Positions 14,727-29,139 are shown, counted from the stretch's first letter. The stretch: DNA of 64,000 nt from Octopus vulgaris (GCA_951406725.2 OX597823.1:8184001-8248000), one strand, 5' to 3'. A program made the numbers and translations. Notes: generated by a model from the sequence alone, not told the origin.

Positions 14727-15234
14727 TATATATTATTCAGCCAGAGCTTTTCAGTCAGCGCTATTGGACGCTTTTAGCGGCTTTTAGGTTGTTTCTGATA
14801 ACTCTTCTGCAAGCTCCCTAAACGGCAAGACTCTCGTACGCCTAACTTAGTGAACGACCAGCAAATCCTTAACTGCCAACTTCCACTGGCAAACACTTTG
14901 TTCGTCACTCTTGTTGCAAAGTCCTCAGCTAACTCTTAGTAGTTGGTTTTCTTCCTCTCTTGAGCTTCGTCCAGGTACTCTGTATCAAGAATCTCAACCA
15001 ACGCCTGCACACACACAAACACACACACACACACATATATACATACACACACATGCACACACACATGAATGCATACAGACACACGCACACGCGCGCACAC
15101 ACACACAGACACACACAGACACTAATGTTTTTATGTCGAGTTATAAGAAAAACTTTACATTAAACTGCCGGATTACTTGTTTATTATTTGTACTCTACAG
15201 AAACAAAAAATAAAGAAGAAATCGATCGCCGTTA

Positions 15235-15642
15235 ACTCTACTCTTTTACTCTTTTACTTGTTTCAGTCATTTGACTGCGGCCATGCTGCAGCACCGCCTT
15301 TAGTCGAGCAAATCGACCCCGTAACTTATTCTTTGTAAGCCCAGTACTTATTCTATCGATCTCTTTTGCCGAACCGCTAAGTTAAGGGGACGTAAACACA
15401 CCAGCATCGGTTGCCAGGCAATGCTAGGGGGACAAACACAGACACACATACATATATATATATATATATACATATATACGACAGGCTTCTTTCAGTTTCC
15501 GTCTACCAAATCCACTCACAAGGCATTGGTCAGCCCGGGGCTATAGCAGAGGACACTTGCCCATGATGCCACGCAGTGGGACTGAACCCGGAACCATGTG
15601 GTTGGTTAGCAAGCTACTTACCACACAGCCACTCCTGCACCT
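15235..15642 (-). mobile_element. SINE family A
   Basis: Full copy. Confidence 0.92.
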
Positions 15643-16101
15643 ATTTAGTTTTTGTTCACAAATGACTTATAATAATTTAAAAATCTCAAGTTATGCCGTT
15701 CTGAAGATTCCAAAACAAGATGAAATGATGTTATACACGGCTTCATGCAATAAGATGTATGCTCTACTCACTCTTTTCACACTGAGAACAAAATTCCCCA
15801 GAAGGGAAGAAAAAGGGTATGCTTAGAAGCGATTATCTCCCCTTGAGTAGCAACCCGCTTTCTTTCTCTGCTCCTGCTACGGCGTATACAGCTTCTTGTA
15901 AGACTACGTCGTATATTTATTATACTTTTACAAGAATAGTGGTGACTGTGGCTTCCAAGTTTTGACCTGCCAGCCCCCCTTATTGGACTGTGGTGCATTT
16001 AAGTTCATCTTGATTTTATACAAGAGTAGCTTAACATATCCCGGAAAAAAAACAAGCAAACCTATCAGGGACTATATAAAATAGATGAACTCAAATGCAA
16101 C

Positions 16102-16145
16102 ACAGTCTGACGAAGGCTAGCAGACCGAAAATTCGAAGTTACTGT
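16102..16145 (+). ncRNA. degenerate minimal type I hammerhead motif (Penelope-type)
   Basis: ACAGT-CTGACGA-AGG..CC-GAAA-A-TTCGAA-GTT-ACTGT: 5-bp stem I, palindromic loop III, weak stem II; followed by (TA)n. Confidence 0.5.
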
Positions 16146-16160
16146 CACCAATATTCCTGC

Positions 16161-16231
<71 letters not shown>

Positions 16232-17073
16232 CAAAAATGAGACAAGAACACAAAAAAAAATCCAGACAGCTAGGTGATAAAGAAAAGGGACAACAAAATA
16301 TCCAGACAGACGAAACAAAGAAAATAAGAACGGGTTTCTTTCTTTAGTCTAGTTCCAGATTATCTTCGCAATTTCGGCTGGTTATACTCGAGATCGCTCC
16401 AATGTGGTCAGTCCCAAGGAAAAACTAAGCCGAGCAGTAGATTCTTTGGAAGAAGGCAACGAATGTATACGAAAACAAGGACGGATAAAACGGAGAAATG
16501 TTACACAAATACAAATGCAAATAACAGGGCATAACAACAGGTGTCTTTTGACCAAGGACGAATTAAATTAAGCTGGCGTGTATAGAAGTAAAGGCTTGCG
16601 GCAGGGGAATAAGGTTTGACATGCACAGGGAGGAATATAGATGTTGCACGGATGGTAGTCGAACCAAGAAAAAAAAGGTCAGGCTTGGCCGAACACCGGT
16701 CACGTAGGGAGAGAAGAGAAAGAGGTAGAGACAGGGGGATAGAAGAATTAAGGAGGTGCGAAGAAAATTGAAAGGGACAGAGTGAAGTGAAAGAGGAGGG
16801 AAAGTGAGCATGAAGAGAAGGCCAGGAAATGTGAGAGAGGGGAAACGAAAGAACGAAGAGTGGAATGAACGAGATAAGTGTGAAGGGACTGATAGAAAGA
16901 AGAAAAGAATGAAAGAATAGAAGGAATAATACAGTCGTATAAAGGATATTTACAAGCGCTTTCCTCGGATGTTTGCAACTTCCTCCCATTCTCCTGCTCC
17001 CTCTCATCATAAAATGCTGAGCAACAATAGGAACAACCATTCCAATAACGTCAACGAAAATAACAGCCGAAAC

Positions 17074-17109
<36 letters not shown>

Positions 17110-17219
17110 CACATACATACGCATGTCTGTGTGCTTGAATGTGTATATGACCATGTGCATTTTCGAGTCTACTTCAATGCATTAAGTTATATTTTTTCTG
17201 CCTGTTCCACGGAATTGAC

Positions 17220-17481
<262 letters not shown>

Positions 17482-18035
17482 TTTCATGAACTCTACAGAC
17501 ACGAAGGAATTCGTGAGGTAAATTGTGTGACATATATCTCATCCTACCTGACTACTGCATGCAATTTCTTTTCTTTTATCCATTCATACATTTCTTCTAT
17601 ATTATATCTCTTTTCCTTCCTACAACATTAAACTACCTATATTTTCTATTCCTCTTGTTCCTTTTTACACACACACACACACACATACACCACCCGCACG
17701 CACACATACATCTACTCAATCATAAGCTCATTCGTTCAATCAATTACCCACCTTGCCTCTGTATGGAACTATTGCCGCTCTTCTTCCTTTTCTGTTTCCT
17801 GTCTCCTCAGAACATCGCTTTTTCCCCCTCTTAAATGGATATTTACAAGTACTTTCCTCGGATTTTTCTCGGATCATCCTCCCTCTCTTCTACTTCACTT
17901 CATCATAAAATGTTGAGCAACAACAACTATTGCAACAATAGCAAAAACCATTCGAATAACGTTAACGAAAATAACAGCCAAAACAACAACAACAATAACA
18001 ACAACAATAGCCTACTTAGAATATGCAGTAGCAGT

Positions 18036-18084
<49 letters not shown>

Positions 18085-18182
18085 CCACCAATAATGACGA
18101 TATCACGCGCCACTAACTGTACTGCACAAGAAGTGCTCAATATATCTTAAATGTACGAAGTACATTCTTTCCTGAGTTATAC

Positions 18183-18596
18183 AGGAGTGGCTGTGTAGTA
18201 AGTAGCTTGCTAACCAACCACATGGTTCCGAGTTCAGTCCCACTGCGTGGCATCTTGGGCAAGTGTCTTCTGCTATAGCCCTGGGCCGACCAATGCCTTG
18301 TGAGTGGATTTGGTAGACGGAAACTGAAAGAAGTCCGTCGTATATATGTATATATATATATATATGTGTGTGTGTATGTGTGTGTGTGTTTGTGTGTCTG
18401 TGTTTGTCCCCCTAGCATTGATTGATGCTGGTGTGTTTACGTCCCCGTCACTTAGCGGTTCAGCAATAGAGACCGATAGAATAAGTACTGGGCTGACAAA
18501 GAATAAGTCCCGGGGTCGATTTGCTCGACTAAAGGCGGTGCTCCAGCATGGCCACAGTCAAATGACTGAAACAAGTAAAAGAATAAAAGAGTAAAA
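18183..18596 (+). mobile_element. SINE family A
   Basis: Full copy, TSD GAGTTATAC (18174-18182 / 18597-18605). Confidence 0.92.
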
Positions 18597-18940
18597 GAGT
18601 TATACCACATAGTCTTCTTTTCCCGAGATGAAAAAAAAATCAAAGGATAAAAGATAACCAAACTTTTCACTTAGTTCTGCTATTCTCTTCAGACGGTATC
18701 TCCTAACATGCGTCAAACGTTAATCAATAACTTTCTCATATCATTCAGACAAGGAAATGTACTGAAATATGCTCTTTATTCAATGATGTGGTTTCAGTGA
18801 ATCTCAATTCTTAAGCGATTCCCTTGACATCGTGAAAATACCATCTTCATTTTTCTATGTAACCAAACAGAATGAAAAAGAATTTTTTGCTTTAGAGTTT
18901 TGGTAATCACTTGGGTGAAATGTAACCATGTTATCGATAA

Positions 18941-19010
<70 letters not shown>

Positions 19011-19025
19011 CATCTATCTATCTAC

Positions 19026-19110
<85 letters not shown>

Positions 19111-19113
<3 letters not shown>

Positions 19114-19316
19114 TCTTTTGTTCCTTTTCCTTTTTCTTTTCTTTTTTTGTTGTTCTTTTTTTCCCTTTTACGATCCCTTTTGATCGAAAACCTACGCAAC
19201 CTTTGTTTTTTGTTTCTTTTGTTTTTTGTTTTTTGTTTTTTTCATCCCCCAAAAGAAAAGCTCTACCTTGTAACTTGTCCTATCTGTGTGCAGCCTTGTG
19301 TGGCCAATAAAGAAAC
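19111..19316 (+). mobile_element. probable LINE 3' UTR fragment inside a (TATC)n tract
   Basis: T-rich segment ending CTTGTCCTATCTGTGTGCAGCCTTGTGTGGCCAATAAAGAAA, with (TATC)n on both sides. Confidence 0.55.
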
Positions 19317-19402
<86 letters not shown>

Positions 19403-19750
19403 CCTTTCACTGTCTCTCTTCCCCTTTGTTCTTCTGTCTCTAGTTCTGATATTGATTATCTGATCATTTAATCTTGATATATTTTTCAGCAGTTTAAATT
19501 CATAAAAATGTCTTACTATTGCATCTTCCTCTTCTAGTGTTGTATTAGCTTGATAGTTCGTATTTTGTCACTGTTGTTTCAACTTTGCAACGTTGCATTG
19601 CAACAGGGTATTGATCCCGTATCTCGAGCCAACGAAGGGGTTTCAAAGTTGTAGACCAACCTGATCAGGACGGCAACAAAATCTCCTCAAATCCTAACCA
19701 ACCATTTAGTAAAAGGAGGGTGCACATTTGATAATATGTATGCCCAGATA

Positions 19751-19950
19751 GAGCGGCGAGCTGGCAGAACCTTTAGCACGCCGGGCAAGATGCTTAGCGG
19801 CATTTATTCCATCTATACGTTTTTAGTTCAAATTCCACCAAGGTTGGCTTTGTCTTTCATCCTTTCAGGGTCAATAAAATAAGTTCCAGTTGATATAACC
19901 GACTTATCCCCCTTCCCCGTAATTACTGGTTTTGTGCCAAAAATTTGATA
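19751..19950 (+). mobile_element. diverged SINE family B
   Basis: GCGGCGAGCTGGCAGAA head and TTTCATCCTTTCAGGGTCAATAAA core. Confidence 0.8.
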
Positions 19951-20215
19951 TCAATATATGCTCAGATGAAAAAATAAATAAAATAACAACTGCAACAAAT
20001 CATCTTTTTAAATGTAGAAATATTGTGAAATTGATGCAATGCAAGCTTAAAGCACCGAGAAGTCAACAAGAAACCATAACAATTCTAGCTCGGGTTCACT
20101 TTTTTATGAAATTCTTTGTTTACATTTGACGCATATTTCTCCTCATCTTGTTTGTTGTTCATAACAGTTCTAGCTCGTGTTCACTTTTTTTATGAAATTC
20201 TCTATCATATCTGTG

Positions 20216-20337
<122 letters not shown>

Positions 20338-21289
20338 GTATGTATGTATGAATGTATGTATGTATGTATGTATGTATGTATGTATGTATGTATGTATGAA
20401 TGTGATAACTGGAATGCCTCATTCCAGTGATTTAGAAATGATAACCATTTTCTGCTTCTTCAATTTCATATCATCACTACAATCAACCGAAAACAGGAAA
20501 AGTTAATATTCCACCACACATTGACATTAAAACGCTTTACCCTTGCTACACGTTTGTGCATTATTTTTTCCACCATAGTGAGCTCATTATTCTTTTCGTT
20601 TGAAATTCTGGTCTGTAGTTTTATCACGAAACTAAATGCGTTTGCATTTTTCATACAAGAGCTGACGTAGACTCCCCAAGAGGAAGGAAATACAACACCT
20701 AGTAATATTTCACGGTTATCGAATCCAACTATTAGCTTCATCCATCATAATATCTTGTTGGTATTGTTGGCTGACTTCCATTTCTTGATATTCAGTAACT
20801 AAACAGAGTTTACTATTCATTTTCCTCTACGCAATTCTAATCAAGAGAAATTTAATTATAATAGTCATCTTACTCAGAACATATTTCTGGGTCAATCATG
20901 TTCGTTACTAACTTCAGACAATGTTCTAGAGATAAAAATATACTGCCAATTGAATTTATCGCAAGTTATAACTTGTTAAGTTTAATCACTTGCGGAAAGA
21001 CGAACGACAAAGGTGAAGTCTTTGCAGTAGATTTGAACGAAGAAACGTGAAAAATCATGAAAAGGATCTAGTTAAGCAATTTGCATTTTGTGCCAGTTTT
21101 CCAAAATGATATACTCCCAGTCTCTCTCTCTCAGACAGAATTGGAAGCACATTGTGACCAGCGATGTGTAACAACATTTGATGGTCTAGTCGATACTGTG
21201 ATACTGTAACAGACAGACACGCACATACCTACGTGTGTGTGTGTGAGTGTGTGTGCGTGTGTATGTGTGCTAGAGTGTGTATGCTTATT

Positions 21290-21440
21290 CCCCACAACCG
21301 CTTGACAATTGGTGCTGGTGTGTTTACGTCCCCGTAACTTAGCAGTTCGGCAAGTGGATGCAATAGAATAAGTGCCAGTTCTTCAAGACGGTGTCACAAC
21401 ATGGCTGCAATCTAATCACTGAAACAAGTAAAAGATAAAA
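21290..21440 (+). mobile_element. diverged SINE family A, 3' part
   Basis: GCTGGTGTGTTTACGTCCCCGTAACTTAGC...GAAACAAGTAAAAGA. Confidence 0.75.
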
Positions 21441-21478
21441 ATATAATATATATATTACAGTTCAATATTTAAGAGATG

Positions 21479-22263
21479 TACATTGTTTACATTTGACGGA
21501 TATTTGTCCTCATCTTGTTTGTTGCTTGTTGGGGCCATTTGGAACCTGTGTTCTCATTCCTAAGGTGTTTTTCCTATCCTATTATTCAAGAAACTGCCTG
21601 GAATCGAACTTGGAATCTTGAAGTTAGTAGCCCGCAGTCTTAACCACCACGCCATATACCCGTGGGCAATCATGGAGTGAATTTTAGGGCTTATAAATCC
21701 CATATTTTCCCATTCTTCTTTAAGGCCTCTCCAAAAAGATACAAAAGATATGCAGCTCATATGACACCAGGACTGTATTCCAGAGTAATACAACACTTCG
21801 CAAATATCCCCTTCGAGTAAAACCACCAATAGAAGAGAATATGACCCAAAACTGCGTGTACTCTATCCCATGAAGCTATGGTAGGTTATACAAGGGCGAA
21901 ACATATCGCCTCCTTAAAATAAAGGTAAAGGAATATCGCAAAGCTGTGACACTAGGAGATATTGATAAATCGGGTATAGCTGATCATGTATGGAAAAATG
22001 GAGACCACCTCCCCCTGTGGGATGAATTTTAAATAATAGACAGAAAACATCACTAGAAAATACGAAAACTAAAAGAGGCAGCACATATGCTAGGACGTAA
22101 TAACATCCTAAGTGGTCCTAGTGCAGATATGAGTAGCATACGGGAACCGATATTAAGGAAGGATAGGGAAATATTCGATTTATAAACCCTGAAATTCACT
22201 CTATGATTGCCCACGGGCATAAGGCGTGGTGGTTAAGATTCCGAGTTCGATTCTAGGCAGTGA

Positions 22264-22332
<69 letters not shown>

Positions 22333-22447
22333 TAATAATAATAATTATAACAACATCAGGAAAACACCTTAGGAATGAGAACCGGCCGAAACGTTGTGTT
22401 AACAACAAACAAGATGAGGACAAATATCCGTCAAATGTAAATAATGA
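21479..22447 (+). mobile_element. 5'-truncated Penelope-like element with inverted pLTR
   Basis: 21724-22185 translates to GLSKKIQKICSSYDTRTVFQSNTTLRKY...CVYSIP*SYGRLYKGETYRLLKIKVKEYRK...GIADHVW...RKLKEA (PLE linker plus GIY-YIG, 3 stops). 21479-21712 is an inverted copy of 22166-22447. Confidence 0.9.
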
Positions 22448-22449
22448 AA

Positions 22450-22772
22450 TATATATAAGAAATAAAAGAAGGCAAATGCACACACTTTACATAGTTTTAA
22501 TATAATTTTTAATATCTCCCCTGTTTAAAATAATAACGATAACCAATGACTTCCCCATAGATTTTTCTATTTGTTGAATCGTTCATTCATAAACTTCACA
22601 CACAATATGGATTAAAAAGTCGTTTTAAGAATATATGTATTTAAATAAATTTTAATGTCATTATTAGCGAAAACGAAACCGGTCGACAAACACAATATAG
22701 GATATATCAAAAATTATATTAAATCTATGTAAAGTGTGTGTATTTTCCTTCTTTAATTTCTTATATATGTAT
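22450..22772. repeat. foldback element with ~70-bp terminal inverted repeats
   Basis: ATATATAAGAAATAAAAGAAGGCAAATGCACACACTTTACATAG... is mirrored at 22700-22772. Confidence 0.75.
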
Positions 22773-22815
22773 TACAACTTACCACGTGGGGATAATCGAA
22801 ATTCCTCCCTTTCTG

Positions 22816-22880
<65 letters not shown>

Positions 22881-23947
22881 TATATATCTATATATACATG
22901 TGTGTGTGTGTGTGTGTGTTGTGTGTGTGGGTATATATAAATATATATAAATATATATATAGTTTCTTAGAGTATTTATTCGGTATATACACAAATAGAG
23001 GGTGATAAATATTTTATAGCTTTTTTATCTTCTTTGTTCAGAAGATAATGTATAAAAATATTGAATATTTACTAGCTTTTAACACCCGGGTTTGATCAGT
23101 ATCTTATGTATAATGGTTTGCCACAAGTACAAAAGTAAAGATCGATGATATTTTAAAGATATCACAATATGCACTACACGCAATATTCGGAGTAAAAGGT
23201 AATATAAGATTATGTATATTGACAGATAATGAATTCGATTTTTGTCCACGACTAAGATCTGTTTTGATAAATTACAGTGTTTCAGTGCCATATTGTACAA
23301 CAGAATATATTGACAGATTTTAACCGATACACTATGTAAGAGGCATATATGCGCACCAAATCTTTATGAACAATGTCTTTGTTGACAGGAAAAGAAAGAG
23401 CAGTAATTTATTTATTGAACTAGCTGCCAAGAATAAATAGGTCTATCTGATTTACTGAAGCCCTTAGTAATAATATGTTTATAGACTGTATTCCTGAGGA
23501 CAGTTAAAGAAGGTGCTCGGTAGATAATGAAATACTAACACAGGAGCGAAACTAGCCCGGTCCAAACTAGCTCCTTTTTATATACAATGCAAAATAGAGT
23601 ATATAAAGTCAAAGTATTAACTAAAATCTATAGATACATTCTGCAGTACTGTATAGCGTAAAATCAACTTTATACAAGAAGGTTTAAATCTAATTGAAAT
23701 GGCAGAACACTCTGCAAGTACTGAACGCTCAGTACTTGCGGAAATGCTATCATTAATGATCAAATCTATATAGCTGTAAATGGTGTCACATGGTAACAAA
23801 AAAAAAAAACACGACGCTTTAAATAGCAATAGCACGGTAAGATTAACAAGTTTTCCTGTTAGTTTTAAAAACTTAGTTTAACTAGTCGTTTGGGGCTACA
23901 GAAGGCAACGGAAAACCACACCTGCTTATAATAATAATAATAATAAT

Positions 23948-23989
<42 letters not shown>

Positions 23990-23996
23990 TATAATA

Positions 23997-24049
<53 letters not shown>

Positions 24050-24148
24050 AATAATAATAATAATAATAATAATATGATAATAATCACTATTATTATGACT
24101 ATTATTGTTATTGTTGCTGCTGTTGTTATTATTGTTATTATCATTATA

Positions 24149-24550
24149 AAGGCGGTGAGCTGGCAGAATCGTTAACACGCCGGGCGAAATGCTTAGCGGT
24201 ATTTCGTCTGCCGCTACATTCTGAGTTCAAATTCCGCCGAGGCCGACTTTGCCTTTCATCCTTTCGGGGCCGATTAAATAAGTACCAGTTACGCACTGGG
24301 GTCGATATAATCGACTTAATCCGTTTGTCTGTCCTTGTTTGTCCCCTCTATGTTTAGCCCCTTGTGGGTTGTAAAGAAATAGGTATTTCGTCTGCCGTTA
24401 CGTTCTGAGTTCAAATTCCGCCGAGGTCGACTTTGCCTTTCATCCTTTCGGGGTCGATAAATTAAGTACCAGTTACGCACTGGAGTCAATGTAACAGACT
24501 GTCTCCCTCCTCCAAATCTCCGGCCTTATGCCTACTGTAGAAAGTATTAT
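24149..24550 (+). mobile_element. SINE family B dimer
   Basis: Head plus repeat units starting at 24199 and 24383 (184-bp period); first unit has tail 1, second has tail 2. Confidence 0.9.
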
Positions 24551-25133
24551 TATCATTATTGTCATTGAGTGAGAGAGCATTGCATGCCATCAAAGTGACA
24601 CTGGGGTAAAATATACGAAGCCCAGTATACCCATCATGACTACCCGTCTGATAAGAGAAAACCAGGTGCATGCATCACAACCTTACGTGCGTGACATAGT
24701 GGTCTCATATAAAAAAAATACAGCACATGACCTTGCAGATGGGGCCCAGTTAGACTTTTCCTCAGGTCGAGTAGCCCATCCCGCTCAAAAGGTCCCTGAA
24801 TATGGTTCGTGTAAGGATGTTGAACAAAACACCCATGTTTCCAAAGGTGAATTATCCAAACCCCAAAGAATTCCTCTCAATACATGGCTATGATGCATCC
24901 CCACTACTTCTCGTGATCAGAGGTGCACATATCGTCAGCCACTAAGGGACATGCTCAAATGGTTAAGGTCAAACAACTGACAAGTAAAATCTGTGGTATT
25001 CAGCTGAATATTTGTTGTAGCCCATCTTTTATACCAAGACAAAACAATGTACATGATGACACTTCTATACAGTTAAGATCAAAAGCCATGAGAGCTACCG
25101 CCTGGTACTGCATCAGGGCAGTTATTATTATTA

Positions 25134-25340
25134 TTCAGTAGTTTTATTTTTATAGCGTGCTTTCACTTCACTACCGAGCGCAGCTCTGTGTGCCTTGGGT
25201 ATGTGCTGTGATTTGTTGTGATGCTCTGATGGTTATTGTATGGAAAGTGTTCTGCGTAGGATGTGTGCAGTGCCTAGTAGTGCAATTTTCTGTATGTTAT
25301 ATGTGTTTGTAAGTCCTGGTGTTTTTGTTATGTATTTGTC
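25134..25340 (-). mobile_element. R4/Dong-like LINE 3' end
   Basis: Reverse complement of 36460-36670, flanked by (TTA)n. Confidence 0.88.
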
Positions 25341-25380
<40 letters not shown>

Positions 25381-25401
25381 GTTGTTGGTGTTGTTGTCGT
25401 T

Positions 25402-25435
<34 letters not shown>

Positions 25436-25476
25436 CTGTTGTAGTTGTTGCTACTGTTGTTATTATTGTTATGATA

Positions 25477-26866
<1,390 letters not shown>

Positions 26867-27779
26867 CCAGAGCAAGAAAACCTGTTCTTCAATTATTATT
26901 ATTTCGTGCCTTTATAAAACAGCCTTTCCATATTTTTACTCATTCGAGTACATTCTTTTATTTTTTTAAATCATCCAAGCTATAAAGGGAAAATAATACT
27001 GGTAAAACATCCCTTGACTCACTTATGGTCATAACTGTACCTCAATCGTAAAAAAAGTGGTTCAATAATTATGTTTCTGTTTCACTTTAGCTTATCTGGT
27101 TAGATTTAATTCAATGTCGAGTCTAAATATTTTCGTACGTTCTATGTAGATTGCGTGCTCGATTGCATTGCAATATTTTAGCTGGTTCCCTCTATATATT
27201 TGACACTAATAGAGTATTTATCAATTTTGCTTTCTACTATTGTGTGCAGGTAAATTCTTTGGGATCATGTAAAAAAAAAATGGATATTATGGACATTTTC
27301 TTGACTTAAATCCTCTTTGTTAATATGTATGCAGAAGATGTCTTTCATAAAACATTGGCTTTTACTTTTTAGTTTTGCTGGTAATGCTATTTCTGGTAAC
27401 ATGCGGAGCAATGCCAATATCATAATGTGCGTTAGCTAAGTTTAAAATAACAAGTTATGCATAATCTTTTAACTCTAACAAAGGGGAGAGAAATCGGTTG
27501 GAAACTTTTCGCTTGTGATTGATCTTTCAGCTGGTCACAAAGAATATAGATCCGAGTTATATAAAAATATAAACAATTGTTTAAGTTTGATCCATTTTCA
27601 GACAATACTATCAGTGTTGGGAAAACTGTTTGAAGCTCATTTCCTGTTCCGCACCGTACATTTACACAAGGAGAAACTGCTAGAAAGCATGGTGTCTCAT
27701 TCCATATCTAAGTGTTGATTTTAAAACCAATGGAACCTTACAACATCAATGCAAAGAAAATTGTCCATCAACTTGTTAA

Positions 27780-28400
27780 CAGTAACAAAACAAATAGCAG
27801 AAAACGACATTGATTATCTGACGGAAAATCGTCTAGATTACAATTCAGTCAGCATTTTTACTAGAAAATTTACATACAAAGAGTTTGAAACAGGTATTTC
27901 TAATCTAAAGAACGGGAACGCAATCGGTCTTGATATTCTCAAACGGGAGCTAAAACATATCTTTATATATAAAAGTCAAGTTGTGTGTCTGTCTCCTACG
28001 ATTTAGATTCCTAACTACTCCCACATTTTGCGGTGCAGTTTAACCAAAAGCGGGTATCTTATAGTCGTGATTCATATCGAGCCCTTCTGGGTATTAGCGA
28101 GCATCTACGATGAGTCTACGATTTTAAAAAAAATTACCATCATTTTTTTCCATTTTAATGCATTTTTTCGCTATTATATATGGGAAGTAACTCTCTAAAA
28201 ATGTCTATGATGAGTCAACGATTTAAAAAAAAATTTACCATAATTTTTTCCCCATTTTTAATGCATTTTTTTGCTACTTTTGGGTATAACTCTCTAAAAA
28301 TGCTTATATAGTTATTTCCCTTACAAACCCGAGCAACGCCGGGCGATACTGCTAGTTGGAATCAAAACACGATAATGGCTGTTCTAACTCTTTAACAACT
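27780..28400 (+). pseudogene. decayed LINE ORF2 fragment (start of RT region) interrupted by a Helitron
   Basis: FTRKFTYKEFETGISNLKNGNAIGLD...LKH | IGIKTR*WLF*LFNN reads through once the Helitron is removed. Confidence 0.65.
27960..28355 (+). mobile_element. non-autonomous Helitron
   Basis: A|TCTTTATATATAAAAG...CCCGAGCAACGCCGGGCGATACTGCTAG|T; same family as the 13384 copy. Confidence 0.88.
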
Positions 28401-29139
28401 TAAGTAAATAAAGTACTTAAGATGTGAAGTTCTCGTAGGTTTTCCCCAATAGTAACCAAAAGAGCTTGAAGGCTCTGATGATGGTGCACACATACAGTCC
28501 TGTGCTGGTTAGAATAGATAATTTACACTATTACAATTGTTCAGTAAATAACGAGGAAGTTTAGAAGGAGCATGAGCTGACAGAATTAAATGCCGAATCT
28601 TCCTCATATCACACTCTACCGTCTTAAAGAGAAACATTGGATATTGCAGTCCTAGACATACTATGTTGGAACACAAAACAGAATGGTCTCTTCTGGAATA
28701 CTTTTAATTATAGGTCTGCTAAATCCCAAAACAACCTTAGGTATTGGAGCAACGACTGACTTCAAAAGAAATTAAAATTTTGGAACTCCATACAAATTAA
28801 ACCAACCAGGCAGCGTCTTCGCGATACTTGAAATAGCAGCCAAATATCCCTCTAAAGAAACAATCACAAGAAAGGAATAGTTTCGTTCTGACATTTGCAA
28901 CAATGTGACTAATCAGGGCTGATTTAAGCTACATTTGGTGGACTTCACGTTTTTTGTAAGACTTATTTCGTTCAGACCTCCTTGAGCAGGAAGAAAAGTA
29001 AGGCCTGAGAGAGCTACTGGGTGAAATGGTTACTAAGAGAGACCGAAACACTAGACTTCAAAGCTCTAATAAAGCCCACCTCCATTTGGAGATTTGATAG
29101 ATAGAGGATAGTTGACTCCAGGTTGATTTCACCAGTTCT

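Noticed and set aside
23711-23742. 14-bp hairpin TCTGCAAGTACTGA-ACGC-TCAGTACTTGCGGA
   Set aside because: Real but isolated; too short for a pre-miRNA and has no supporting context.
24735-24800. HDV-like ribozyme
   Set aside because: A P3/L3-like hairpin is present, but I could not build P1, P1.1 and P2.
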